Below, piece after piece: positions 37,500 through 46,153 of a stretch of DNA of 64,000 bases (its first letter is position 1; each line of letters begins with the position of its first letter). The notes under the pieces were generated by a model that was given only the letters and a program-made list of their open reading frames with translations, was not told the DNA's origin and made no database searches. The position numbers were made by a program, and so were the translations under genes. The DNA is from Planctomycetota bacterium. Its GTDB lineage: Bacteria > Planctomycetota > B15-G4. The stretch lies in contig JBBQUR010000001.1 in the NCBI GenBank assembly GCA_038212275.1, positions 96,001 to 160,000 on the forward strand, given 5' to 3'.

Positions 37500-40400
37500 G
37501 TGGAACGTGACGTCAAACCGCTGCGAGTGGCCGGCTACGAACTGGGCGAGACGCTGGCCCAGGGTGCGGGCGGCACCGTCTTCATGGCACGCGATCGCCA
37601 CGGGCGCAGCGTCGTCTGGAAGCGTCACGAAGCCGGAGCAGGAGAGACAAGTGGCCTTGCCGAGGCGCAACTGCTCGGACTGAGGCACGCGGGGCTCGCT
37701 GCCTGTCTCGATGCCGGGCGCATTGCGGGTGACGGTCGCCTGTACACCGTGACCGAGCATGTGCTCGGCGCCGCCTTCGGTCCTGACGCTCTGGACCCGA
37801 CACCGGTGCCGGCCGAACGCGCACTCGCGCTGTGCGTCCGGCTGCTTTCCGCTCTGGCGACCGTGCACGAGCGCGGCCTGCTGCATCGTGACCTCAAGGA
37901 CGACAACGTGCGTCTCGAGGCCGCGACGGACAGGCCTGTGATTCTGGATTTCGGTCTGGCGTGCCTCGCCGCCGAGAGCGCACGACTGCCGGCCGCAGGC
38001 ACGCCGCGCGCCATGGCGCCCGAGCTTTTTGCCGGCGCGCCCGCCTCCGTCGCTTCCGATCTCTGGGCCGCAGGACTGCTCCTGGCCGAAGCGCTGCTGG
38101 GACGGCGCCTTTCACGTGCGACGGAACCCGAAGCGCTGCTCGCCGAACGCTCGGCCTGGTCCGGTTTTTCGGACGACGACTCCCGGCGTATCGGCGAGCC
38201 CGCGCTCGTGGCGCTGCTGGGGCGACTGCTGGATCCGCATCCCGAGCGCCGACCGCAGGACTGTCGTGCCGCACTGGCAGCCCTGCCGCAGCTCCCTGCG
38301 GCGCTTGCAGCGGAGCTGGCGCGCGAGCACCTCGATGGCCGCCTGTCGGGCGCGCTGGTCGCGCAGGACGAGTCGCGGCACGCGAGACTGGCCGCTCTCG
38401 CGCGCCGCGAGTCGTGGGTGGCCGCCTTTCCCACGCCGGACTCGACGCTGATCGATGCCGTGCAGACGGTCATCGCGCTGATGCGCGATGCCGCTGGCTC
38501 GTCGCCCGGACTGGATGCGCGGCTGGCGCGCGCCGCGGCGCTGGATGCACCCGGTGTCACGGATCTGTGCGGACTGATCGAGGCACTCGCCTCGCTCGCG
38601 CCGCTGACCCTCGAAATGGGCCTCTGCCGCGCGACTGCAGAGTCGCTGCAGGCCCGGCGCGAGGTCGCGAAGAAACTCGAGGTCGTGCCCGCCGTGCACG
38701 TCTTCGATGAGCCCGCGCTGACCAGCGACGGCGCGATCGATGCACTGCGCGCAGCCTTCGGGATGCATGCGGTGCTCGAACATCGCATGCGTGCCGCGCC
38801 TCCTCCCACGCGCGAGGCCCTCGCCCAGGCGCTCGGCGCACTGCTCCGTTCGGGCGTCGTCGGCACGTGGGCGGGCACGCTCGTCGTCACGGAGACGCGA
38901 CTCCCTCCAGGCTGGCCCGCGCAGGCTGTCAGCGCGCTGCCCGCAGACCTGAGCCAGCACGCGCGCACCGTGCTGGCTTTGCTCTGCCTGTCGCCTCGGG
39001 CCTTGTCGGCGCGGGATTGCCAGGCTGTCGTGGGCTCGTCGGTCGAAGCGGCGCTGCGGGAATTGCAGCTGCCGGGTCTGATCGTCCGCCACCGTTCCGA
39101 TCCCGCCGACCTGCACGCGCCGGTCGACGGCCGCAGTGCGCGCGGCTGGCGCGCACTGCTTCCCGTGCCGTCCGGCATGCGGTCCCGGCTGGCGCTCGTG
39201 ATGGCCGAGAGCGGCCGCCGCGACCGGCATCCGGAGGCGACGGCTGCGACGCACGCGGCGCATGCGGCGCATGCGGCGGCTGCGACGCATGCGACCGAGA
39301 GGAAGGGGCTCCACGATGCGGAGCCAGCACGCGCATCGGACGCCGATGCGGGTGGCCTCTTTGACGAGGAGGCGGCGGCTGCCGTCGCGGAGGTGCTGGG
39401 CAGCGAAGCTCCGGCCACGCACGATGCCGACGAGCTGACGCAGGTCATCCTCGAATCCGCCGAGACCCTGCGTCGCGTGGGGCGGGTCAGCCTCGCTGCG
39501 GAACTCCTGCGACGCGGACTCTCGGGTTGCGACCTCGGCAGCCGACGGCTGCGCGCGCTCTGGCTCGGTCTGCTCGACGCGCTCATCCGCCTGCAGTTCT
39601 TCGATCAGGCACTCGCCGCCCTCGCCGAGGCGCGCGCACAACTGGCCGACGATCCGGCGCTCGACGTGCGCGAAGCGCGCACGCACTTCCTGCGCGGGCA
39701 GGTGCCCGAATCACTGGCCTTGCTCGACAGGCTGGAGGTCGGGGCCATGCCGCGTGACGATGCTCTGCTCGCCCTGCTGCTGCGGAGCCAGGCGCGCCAG
39801 ACCGCCGGGCGCCTGCCCGAGGCCTTGACCGACGTGCGCGAGGGATTGCGCCGCGCCGGCGAACCCGGCGACCGCCACACGATGGCGCTCCTCGAGCGCG
39901 CGGCCGTCATCGAGGCACGTCTCGGGCACTTCGACGAAGCCGTCCGCCTCTACGAGTCCTGCATCGCGCTGGCGCGAAAGCTGGGCCGAGGCCTGCTGGT
40001 GGGCAGCCCGATGTTCAACCTCGGGCGCGCCCTGGTGGCGCGCGGAGAACGGCGGCGCGGTCTCGCAGTGCAGGAAGATGGCGCGCGCCAGCTCGCGCTT
40101 GCCGGCGATCAGGCCAACCTCGCGATGGCGCTCAACAGCCTGGGCGCCGAGTGGATCTCGCTGGGACGGCTCGACACGGCGCGTCGACACCTCGCGCGTT
40201 CCCTGGAGATCGCGCGCAGCCTGCCCGCGCTCGGCGTGGCGGCGATGGCGCTCAACAACACCGGTCGCGCCCTTGCCGCCGAGGGGCGGCACGACGAGGC
40301 CGAGGCGGCCTTCGCGGAGAGCCTGCGGATCCGCGTCGCACGCGGCGACCGCGTGGGGCAGGCGGCGGTCGCGATCATGCGCGGCTTCGTGCGTTGCCAG

Positions 40401-42698
40401 CGCGGGCAGCTCGACGAGGCAGGGGCCGACCTCGCAGCCGCCCGCGGCAACCTCTCCGGACTCGACGGAACCGACTGGGCGGTGGAGGCCGACCTGCTGG
40501 ACGCTCGCCTCGCGCTCGCCGAGGAGAGATTTCCGGACGCGGCGGCCGCTGCCGGGCGTGCGAGAGAGCACTGCCTGCGCCGAGGGAAAACCAGCGAGGG
40601 ACTCGCTGCGCTGGACCTGCTCGCGCGTGCCGGAGCTGCGGATCTGGAGTCGGTGGATCCCGCCGCGCTCGACCGTGGCCCGTGGCTGGCCGACCTGCTC
40701 TTCACCCGCGCGGGCTTGCGCTCTGCGGCGGGCCGGCATCTGGAGGCCGACGCCGACATGGCTGTGGCGCTCACGATGCTCGGCGAGGCGCCCGACGGCC
40801 CGATCGAGGCCCGCGGGCTCGTGCACCGGGCGGAGGGCGACCTTGCGCAGCTGGCCGAGGAGCTCTGCCGCCCCGTGCCGGACTATGGCAAGGTGGGCAC
40901 CTGGCTGGCGCGCGCGTCGCGAGACCATGAGCGCGCCGCCGTCCTCGTGGAGCTTCTCGACCTTGCACCGCTGCGCGACAGGCTGGCCCGGTGCGGCGCG
41001 CGTCTCGCGGCCGCAGGAGAGGGCGAGGAGATGAGCGGCCTGTCGGTGCTCTCCGAACGGCTGCGCAATCTCGAGCGCCTGGCCGAGATCAACAAGGCAC
41101 TCAACACGGAGCGAGACACGCAACGGCTGCTCGAGCTCATCGTGGACAGTGCGATCGAGCTGACCGGGGCGGCGCGCGGGTTCCTCATCCTGTTCGACGG
41201 GCGCTCCGAAGAGTTCCGCGCTGCGCGCAACATCGACGAGAGCACGATCCACAACCCAGAATTCGAGGTCAGCCACTCGGTCGCACGGCGCGTCGCGAAG
41301 GAAGGGCGCGCCGTCATCACCGCGAATGCCATCGACGACCCGCGCTTCGGCAGCGCCGCGAGCATCTCGGAGCTGAAGCTGCTGTCGATCCTCTGCGTGC
41401 CGCTCGTCTCGCGTGACCGCACGCTGGGTGCGGTGTACCTCGATCATCCGCAGGTCGTCGGCCGCTTCGACGAGCACCACCTCGGCACGGTCACGGCGCT
41501 GGCCGAGCAGGCCGCCATCGCGCTGGAGAACGCGCGCCTGTCCGAAGGCCTGGCACGCACCAACCGGGACCTTCGTGAAAGCCGCGAGGAAATCACGCGG
41601 CTCAACGAGGCGCTGCAGTCGCGGCTGGTGCAGCGCGAGGCCGAACTCGAAGCCGTGCGCGAGTCGCTCGACGCGAGCCGCCGCGCGCTCGAGCTGCGCT
41701 ACGACTATTCCAACATCATCACCTGCAATCCGGGCATGCACGCCGTGATGGATCTGCTCGATCGCATCACCGACACGGACTTCCCCGTCCTCATCCAGGG
41801 CGAGAGCGGCACCGGCAAGGAGCTCATCGCCCGCGCCATCCACTTCAACGGGGCGCGGCGGACGATGAACTTCGTCTCGCTGAATTGCGCGGCGATCTCC
41901 GAGCAGCTCATCGAGAGTGAACTGTTCGGCCACGTTCGCGGCGCCTTCACCGGCGCCGACCGCGACCACAAGGGCCTCTTCGAGCAGGCGCACGGCGGCA
42001 CGCTCTTCCTGGACGAAATCGGCGACATGAGCGATGGCGTCCAGAAGCGCCTGCTGCGGGTGCTCCAGTCCGGGGAATTTCTCGCCGTGGGCGGACGCGA
42101 TGTGCGCAAGGTGGATGTCCGCGTCCTCTGCGCCACGCACCGCGACCTGAAAGTGCTCGTCGCCGAGCGGGAGTTCCGCGAGGACCTCTATTTCCGGCTG
42201 GCTGTGGTGAAGGTCCAGCTGCCGCCCCTGCGCGAGCGGAGCGAGGACATTCCGCTGCTGCTGGGGCACCTGCTGCAGCGCCACGGCGGGGGAACCCGCA
42301 CGATCGAACCGGAGGCCCAGGCTCTGCTCGCGGCACAGCCGTGGCCCGGCAACGTGCGGGAACTCGAGAATTTCTCGCGCAATCTCCTGCTGTTCGATCG
42401 GGAGGGCACGCGAGTCGGTGCGGCGCTGGTGCGGCGGCTGCTGTCGGGCGGCGGCGTCGATCCGATTCCGGCTGCGGTGGCCGCTCCCGGAGACGCCTCG
42501 CTGCCGATCCGGAGCCGGCTGGAAGCCTTCGAGAGAAGTCTTGTCGAGGAAGCGCTGGCGAAGTCCGGCGGCAACAAGGCCCAGGCCGCGCGGGAACTCG
42601 GCGTCGGCATCCGCACGCTCTACAAGATGCTGGAACGGCTCGGCTTCCAGGCGGCCGCTCCCGGCCGCAGCGGGGAGACGCCGCCGGGCGGCTCCTGA
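37500..42698 (+). CDS. Ser/Thr kinase-TPR-GAF-sigma54 AAA+ activator-Fis HTH fusion
   Basis: HRDLKDDN, DFGLA, GTP..MAPE; TPRs; GAF (SILCVPL..GAVYLD); GESGTGKE, ESELFGH.RGAFTGA, FLDEIG, WPGNVRELEN; HTH GNKAQAARELGV. Confidence 0.9.
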   Translation: MERDVKPLRVAGYELGETLAQGAGGTVFMARDRHGRSVVWKRHEAGAGETSGLAEAQLLGLRHAGLAACLDAGRIAGDGRLYTVTEHVLGAAFGPDALDPTPVPAERALALCVRLLSALATVHERGLLHRDLKDDNVRLEAATDRPVILDFGLACLAAESARLPAAGTPRAMAPELFAGAPASVASDLWAAGLLLAEALLGRRLSRATEPEALLAERSAWSGFSDDDSRRIGEPALVALLGRLLDPHPERRPQDCRAALAALPQLPAALAAELAREHLDGRLSGALVAQDESRHARLAALARRESWVAAFPTPDSTLIDAVQTVIALMRDAAGSSPGLDARLARAAALDAPGVTDLCGLIEALASLAPLTLEMGLCRATAESLQARREVAKKLEVVPAVHVFDEPALTSDGAIDALRAAFGMHAVLEHRMRAAPPPTREALAQALGALLRSGVVGTWAGTLVVTETRLPPGWPAQAVSALPADLSQHARTVLALLCLSPRALSARDCQAVVGSSVEAALRELQLPGLIVRHRSDPADLHAPVDGRSARGWRALLPVPSGMRSRLALVMAESGRRDRHPEATAATHAAHAAHAAAATHATERKGLHDAEPARASDADAGGLFDEEAAAAVAEVLGSEAPATHDADELTQVILESAETLRRVGRVSLAAELLRRGLSGCDLGSRRLRALWLGLLDALIRLQFFDQALAALAEARAQLADDPALDVREARTHFLRGQVPESLALLDRLEVGAMPRDDALLALLLRSQARQTAGRLPEALTDVREGLRRAGEPGDRHTMALLERAAVIEARLGHFDEAVRLYESCIALARKLGRGLLVGSPMFNLGRALVARGERRRGLAVQEDGARQLALAGDQANLAMALNSLGAEWISLGRLDTARRHLARSLEIARSLPALGVAAMALNNTGRALAAEGRHDEAEAAFAESLRIRVARGDRVGQAAVAIMRGFVRCQRGQLDEAGADLAAARGNLSGLDGTDWAVEADLLDARLALAEERFPDAAAAAGRAREHCLRRGKTSEGLAALDLLARAGAADLESVDPAALDRGPWLADLLFTRAGLRSAAGRHLEADADMAVALTMLGEAPDGPIEARGLVHRAEGDLAQLAEELCRPVPDYGKVGTWLARASRDHERAAVLVELLDLAPLRDRLARCGARLAAAGEGEEMSGLSVLSERLRNLERLAEINKALNTERDTQRLLELIVDSAIELTGAARGFLILFDGRSEEFRAARNIDESTIHNPEFEVSHSVARRVAKEGRAVITANAIDDPRFGSAASISELKLLSILCVPLVSRDRTLGAVYLDHPQVVGRFDEHHLGTVTALAEQAAIALENARLSEGLARTNRDLRESREEITRLNEALQSRLVQREAELEAVRESLDASRRALELRYDYSNIITCNPGMHAVMDLLDRITDTDFPVLIQGESGTGKELIARAIHFNGARRTMNFVSLNCAAISEQLIESELFGHVRGAFTGADRDHKGLFEQAHGGTLFLDEIGDMSDGVQKRLLRVLQSGEFLAVGGRDVRKVDVRVLCATHRDLKVLVAEREFREDLYFRLAVVKVQLPPLRERSEDIPLLLGHLLQRHGGGTRTIEPEAQALLAAQPWPGNVRELENFSRNLLLFDREGTRVGAALVRRLLSGGGVDPIPAAVAAPGDASLPIRSRLEAFERSLVEEALAKSGGNKAQAARELGVGIRTLYKMLERLGFQAAAPGRSGETPPGGS

Positions 42699-42801
42699 TC
42701 CGCGTCAGGATGGACTATACTTCGACCGCAGGTAGCTCACCCCGACTCTCAGCCCCCTGCCGCGTGTTGCTCCCCGCCTCTCCCCGCAGGTCTCACCTCC
42801 C

Positions 42802-43506
42802 ATGATGTTCCCGCGCACCAGAGCTCCGCGTCGCGCGTTTGCCTGCGTGGCCTTGCTGTGCATGGCAATTCCCGCAGCGGCCTACCTCCAGCGTGTCTCG
42901 ACCTACTTCGGCGCGAGCTTCAACGTGTCGAGTGCGCCGGGTTCGAACCTGCTCCCCGCGGAAGTCGGGCAGTTCAGCGTGACCTCCGTGCCGTCCGAGT
43001 TCTCCGTGGCTCCGGGCAAGGGGGGGGGCGAACTCAAGATCGACGACAACGGCACAACCGTTGCCGCGACTCTCGAAGCGCTTTTCAAGAAAACGTTCGC
43101 CGGTCCTGAACTCAACGTCGAGTGGACGGTCCGGGCGTCCCAGATCGATGCGCGCCTCGTCGTGTCGGTGCAGGACGCGGGTGATACGGGCCTCATCGAC
43201 TGCGGCATGGATGACGACGGCTCCGTGGACGTGGACGGCCTCGACACCGGCTTCGTCTACCAGCCGGATGTGGACTACGAGATGCACTTGAACCTCAAGG
43301 CACCGCTGCTCGGATCCGGCAAGTGGACGCTCGACATCGAGTCCGGCGACCAGCTCGTGTCCCACTCGAGCGGGCCGTTCAATCCGCCTTTCAACTTCAA
43401 GGCCAAGTCGCTGACCATCACCCGTCCGCCCAACGATCACGCCGGCAAGTTCCACGTCGACGACATCCTCGTCTGGGCCTACCTGCCGAACGCCGCGTCG
43501 TTCTGA
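42802..43506 (+). CDS. Hypothetical secreted beta-rich protein
   Basis: Signal peptide ending AAA; beta-sandwich-like composition ending FHVDDILV. Confidence 0.7.
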   Translation: MMFPRTRAPRRAFACVALLCMAIPAAAYLQRVSTYFGASFNVSSAPGSNLLPAEVGQFSVTSVPSEFSVAPGKGGGELKIDDNGTTVAATLEALFKKTFAGPELNVEWTVRASQIDARLVVSVQDAGDTGLIDCGMDDDGSVDVDGLDTGFVYQPDVDYEMHLNLKAPLLGSGKWTLDIESGDQLVSHSSGPFNPPFNFKAKSLTITRPPNDHAGKFHVDDILVWAYLPNAASF

Positions 43507-43519
43507 CGACGATCCTGCG

Positions 43520-44191
43520 ATGCGGGTGTTGATCACGGCGGGTGGAACGCGTGAGGCGATCGACTCGGCGCGCGTGATCGCCAACACGAGCACGGGACGT
43601 CTCGGGGCCGTGCTGGCCGAGACCGCCGCTGCTGCGGGCCACGACGTCGTGGTGCTGGCCGGCTTTCACGCGGCCAGACCGCGGGGCGTGCGCTGCGTCA
43701 CCTTCGACAGTTCGGCGGATCTCGCGCGGCTGCTGCGGGAACACGTTCCGCTTGCGGAGATCGTCATTCACGCGGCCGCGGTGTCGGACTACGTGCCCGT
43801 GAAGGCGCCGGGCAAGCTCTCGTCGGATGCGCCCGAGCTCGTGCTGCGCCTGACGCGGGCGCCCAAGCTCATCGACGGCCTGCGCAACCTGCTGCCCTCG
43901 GGACTGCTCGTGGGCTTCAAGCTCACCGCAGGCCTCGCGGAGGCGCAGCAGGTCGACGTGGCGGAGGCGCTGCGGTTGCGGGCGCGGCTCGACCTCGTCG
44001 TGGTCAACGACGCGGGGGCGACCGGCGAGGACGACCACGTCGCGCTTTTCGTGCACGGGGGCGCCGTGCACGCGCGCTGTCGTGGCAAGGCCGATATCGC
44101 GCGCCAGCTGGTCGAGTGGATGGTGGTGCCCGCCGGCCGCCACGCGCTCGGGCCGGAAGGCTCGTCGGCATGCGGGGCGGAGGGCACGTGA
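43520..44191 (+). CDS. coaB: Phosphopantothenate-cysteine ligase (stand-alone)
   Basis: VLITAGGTREAIDSARVIANTSTGRLG, HAAAVSDY, LVGFKL, VVND. Confidence 0.88.
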   Translation: MRVLITAGGTREAIDSARVIANTSTGRLGAVLAETAAAAGHDVVVLAGFHAARPRGVRCVTFDSSADLARLLREHVPLAEIVIHAAAVSDYVPVKAPGKLSSDAPELVLRLTRAPKLIDGLRNLLPSGLLVGFKLTAGLAEAQQVDVAEALRLRARLDLVVVNDAGATGEDDHVALFVHGGAVHARCRGKADIARQLVEWMVVPAGRHALGPEGSSACGAEGT

Positions 44192-44742
44192 ACGTCCTGC
44201 TCGGAGTCACCGGCGGCATTGCGGTTTACAAGGCCTGCGAATTGGTGCGGCGGCTGCGCGACGGCGGGCATGAGGTTCAGGTCGTCATGACCGATGCCGC
44301 CACGCGCTTCGTGACGCCGCTCACCTTCGAGACGCTGTCGGGGCGCGCCGTCGCCACGTCGCTCTGGGGCGGGGCCGACCCGTCCATCGAGCACATCCGA
44401 CTGGCGCGCTGGCCCGACGTGATCGCCATCGCGCCCGCCACTGCCAACACCATCGGGCGTCTGGCGCACGGTCTGGCCGACGACCTGCTCACGACGGTCG
44501 TGCTCGCCTCGCTGCCGGCCGTGCCGGTGGTGATCGCCCCGGCGATGAACACCGCCATGTGGGACAACCCGCTCGTGCAGCGGAATCTCGCCGTCCTCGC
44601 GGACGTGGACGGAGGGCGCCGCTACCGCTTCGTGGCGCCTGCCGAGAAGCAGCTCGCGTGCGGCGAGATCGGCGTGGGAGCACTGGCCCACGAGGCGGAG
44701 ATCCTCGCGGCCATCGCAGTGTCAGTGCTGCCGGAGCGCTGA
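44188..44742 (+). CDS. coaC: Phosphopantothenoylcysteine decarboxylase (stand-alone flavoprotein)
   Basis: LGVTGGIAVYKA, HIRLA, APATAN, APAMNTAMW, LACGEIGVG; GTGA overlap with coaB. Confidence 0.9.
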   Translation: MNVLLGVTGGIAVYKACELVRRLRDGGHEVQVVMTDAATRFVTPLTFETLSGRAVATSLWGGADPSIEHIRLARWPDVIAIAPATANTIGRLAHGLADDLLTTVVLASLPAVPVVIAPAMNTAMWDNPLVQRNLAVLADVDGGRRYRFVAPAEKQLACGEIGVGALAHEAEILAAIAVSVLPER

Positions 44743-44758
44743 AGAACACGGCGTTTTC

Positions 44759-44924
44759 CGCGCTGCTCAAGCTGAGGCTGGGCGATGTCGACAGGAGGGC
44801 CGCGCCGACGCGAGGGGTCGGTGCGAGCATCTCTCCTGACGTGCGATCGGGCCGCCCTCGAAGAAGCAGCAACCAGGAAGCATCACCCAGTGTCCACGGC
44901 CTGATCGCACCTTGAGGGAGCGCG
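44759..44924 (+). ncRNA. Candidate structured RNA of unknown family
   Basis: Several long complementary segments in the coaC-prfB intergenic region (see finding). Confidence 0.45.
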
Positions 44925-45027
44925 CGTCGAAAAAGTGCGCTGACGGAGACGGGAGATCCTCGGCCACGATCGCTACGATGTCGGCGCCGGTGGAGATGGT
45001 CTCCGCGCGGCCAGCACTGGAGTTCGC

Positions 45028-46129
45028 ATGGCCCTCGACGACGTTCACGCCCGCAGCCTCGACATCCGCCGCCGCCTGAACCAGATCAAGGAGTCTCTTT
45101 GACTTCGCGACGCTCTCCAAGCGACGCGGAGAAATCGAGGCAGCGATGGGCGCGGACGGGTTCTGGGCCAACCAGGAATCCGCCCAGACGGTCGTAGGCG
45201 AACTCAAGCGGGTCAAGCTCAAGCTCGACCCGATGGCGAAGCTCGGGGCTCGGCTCGACGACCTCGAACTGCTCACCCAGCTCGTCGAGGAAGATCCGTC
45301 TCCCGGCAACGCGGCGGAGCTGCGCGCGCAGGTCGAATCGGTGGACGACGAGCTGAAACAGCTCGAATTCCAGGTGATGCTCGACGGCGAATACGACATG
45401 CGCAACGCCTACCTCTCGGTGCAGGCCGGCGCCGGCGGCACCGAGTCCTGCGACTGGGCCGCGATGCTGCTGCGCATGTATGCACGCTGGGCCGAGCGAT
45501 CCGGTTACACCATCGAGGTCATCGACCGGCAGGACGGCGAGGAAGCCGGCATCAAGTCTGCCACCGTGCTCGTGAAGGGTGACTGGGCTTACGGCTACCT
45601 GCGCGCGGAGGCCGGCACGCATCGCCTCGTCCGGCTCTCGCCCTTCGACAGTCAGAATCGGCGCCAGACATCGTTTGCGGGCGTGGACGTCTCGCCCGAG
45701 ATGGACGACGCGGAAGGCATGGAGATCCGCTCCGAGGACCTGCGCGTGGACACCTACCGCAGCGGCGGCGCGGGCGGGCAGCACGTCAACAAGACCGACT
45801 CGGCCATCCGGCTCACGCACCTGCCCACCGGGCTCGTCGTCTCGTGCCAGAGCGAGCGCAGCCAGCACAAGAACCGCGCGACCGCGATGAAGATGCTGGC
45901 CGCCAAGCTCTTCGCGCGCGCCGAGGCCGAGCGCGAGGCCGAACTTGCCGGACTCGCCGGCGAGAAGGGCGACATCGGCTGGGGCCACCAGATCCGCAGC
46001 TACGTGCTGCATCCCTATCAGATGGTGAAGGATCACCGGACGGACCACGAGACCGGCAACACCGCGGCCGTGCTCGATGGCGACATCCAGTCCTTCATCG
46101 AAACCCACCTGAGAAGCCGGCGCCGCTAG
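45028..46129 (+). CDS. prfB: Peptide chain release factor 2, with programmed +1 frameshift
   Basis: ORF1 ATG 45028 ends ...AAG GAG TCT CTT TGA C; the +1 frame from 45101 carries SPF and GGQ motifs. Confidence 0.96.
45089..45103 (+). promoter_or_regulatory. prfB autoregulatory frameshift site
   Basis: Internal SD AGGAG, 3-nt spacer TCT, slippery CTT TGA C. Confidence 0.95.
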
Positions 46130-46153
46130 CGGCGCCGCGGAAGGACAGACAGT

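Noticed and set aside
44850..44876. SRP RNA (GAAGCAGC) or SAM-I riboswitch (CAGCAACC) identity for the structured region
   Set aside because: The partner motifs are missing: no CAGG-stem-GNRA for SRP, and no AUC/GAGGGA/GGUGC for SAM-I
45100..45102. prfB pseudogene
   Set aside because: The stop codon is part of the canonical programmed frameshift
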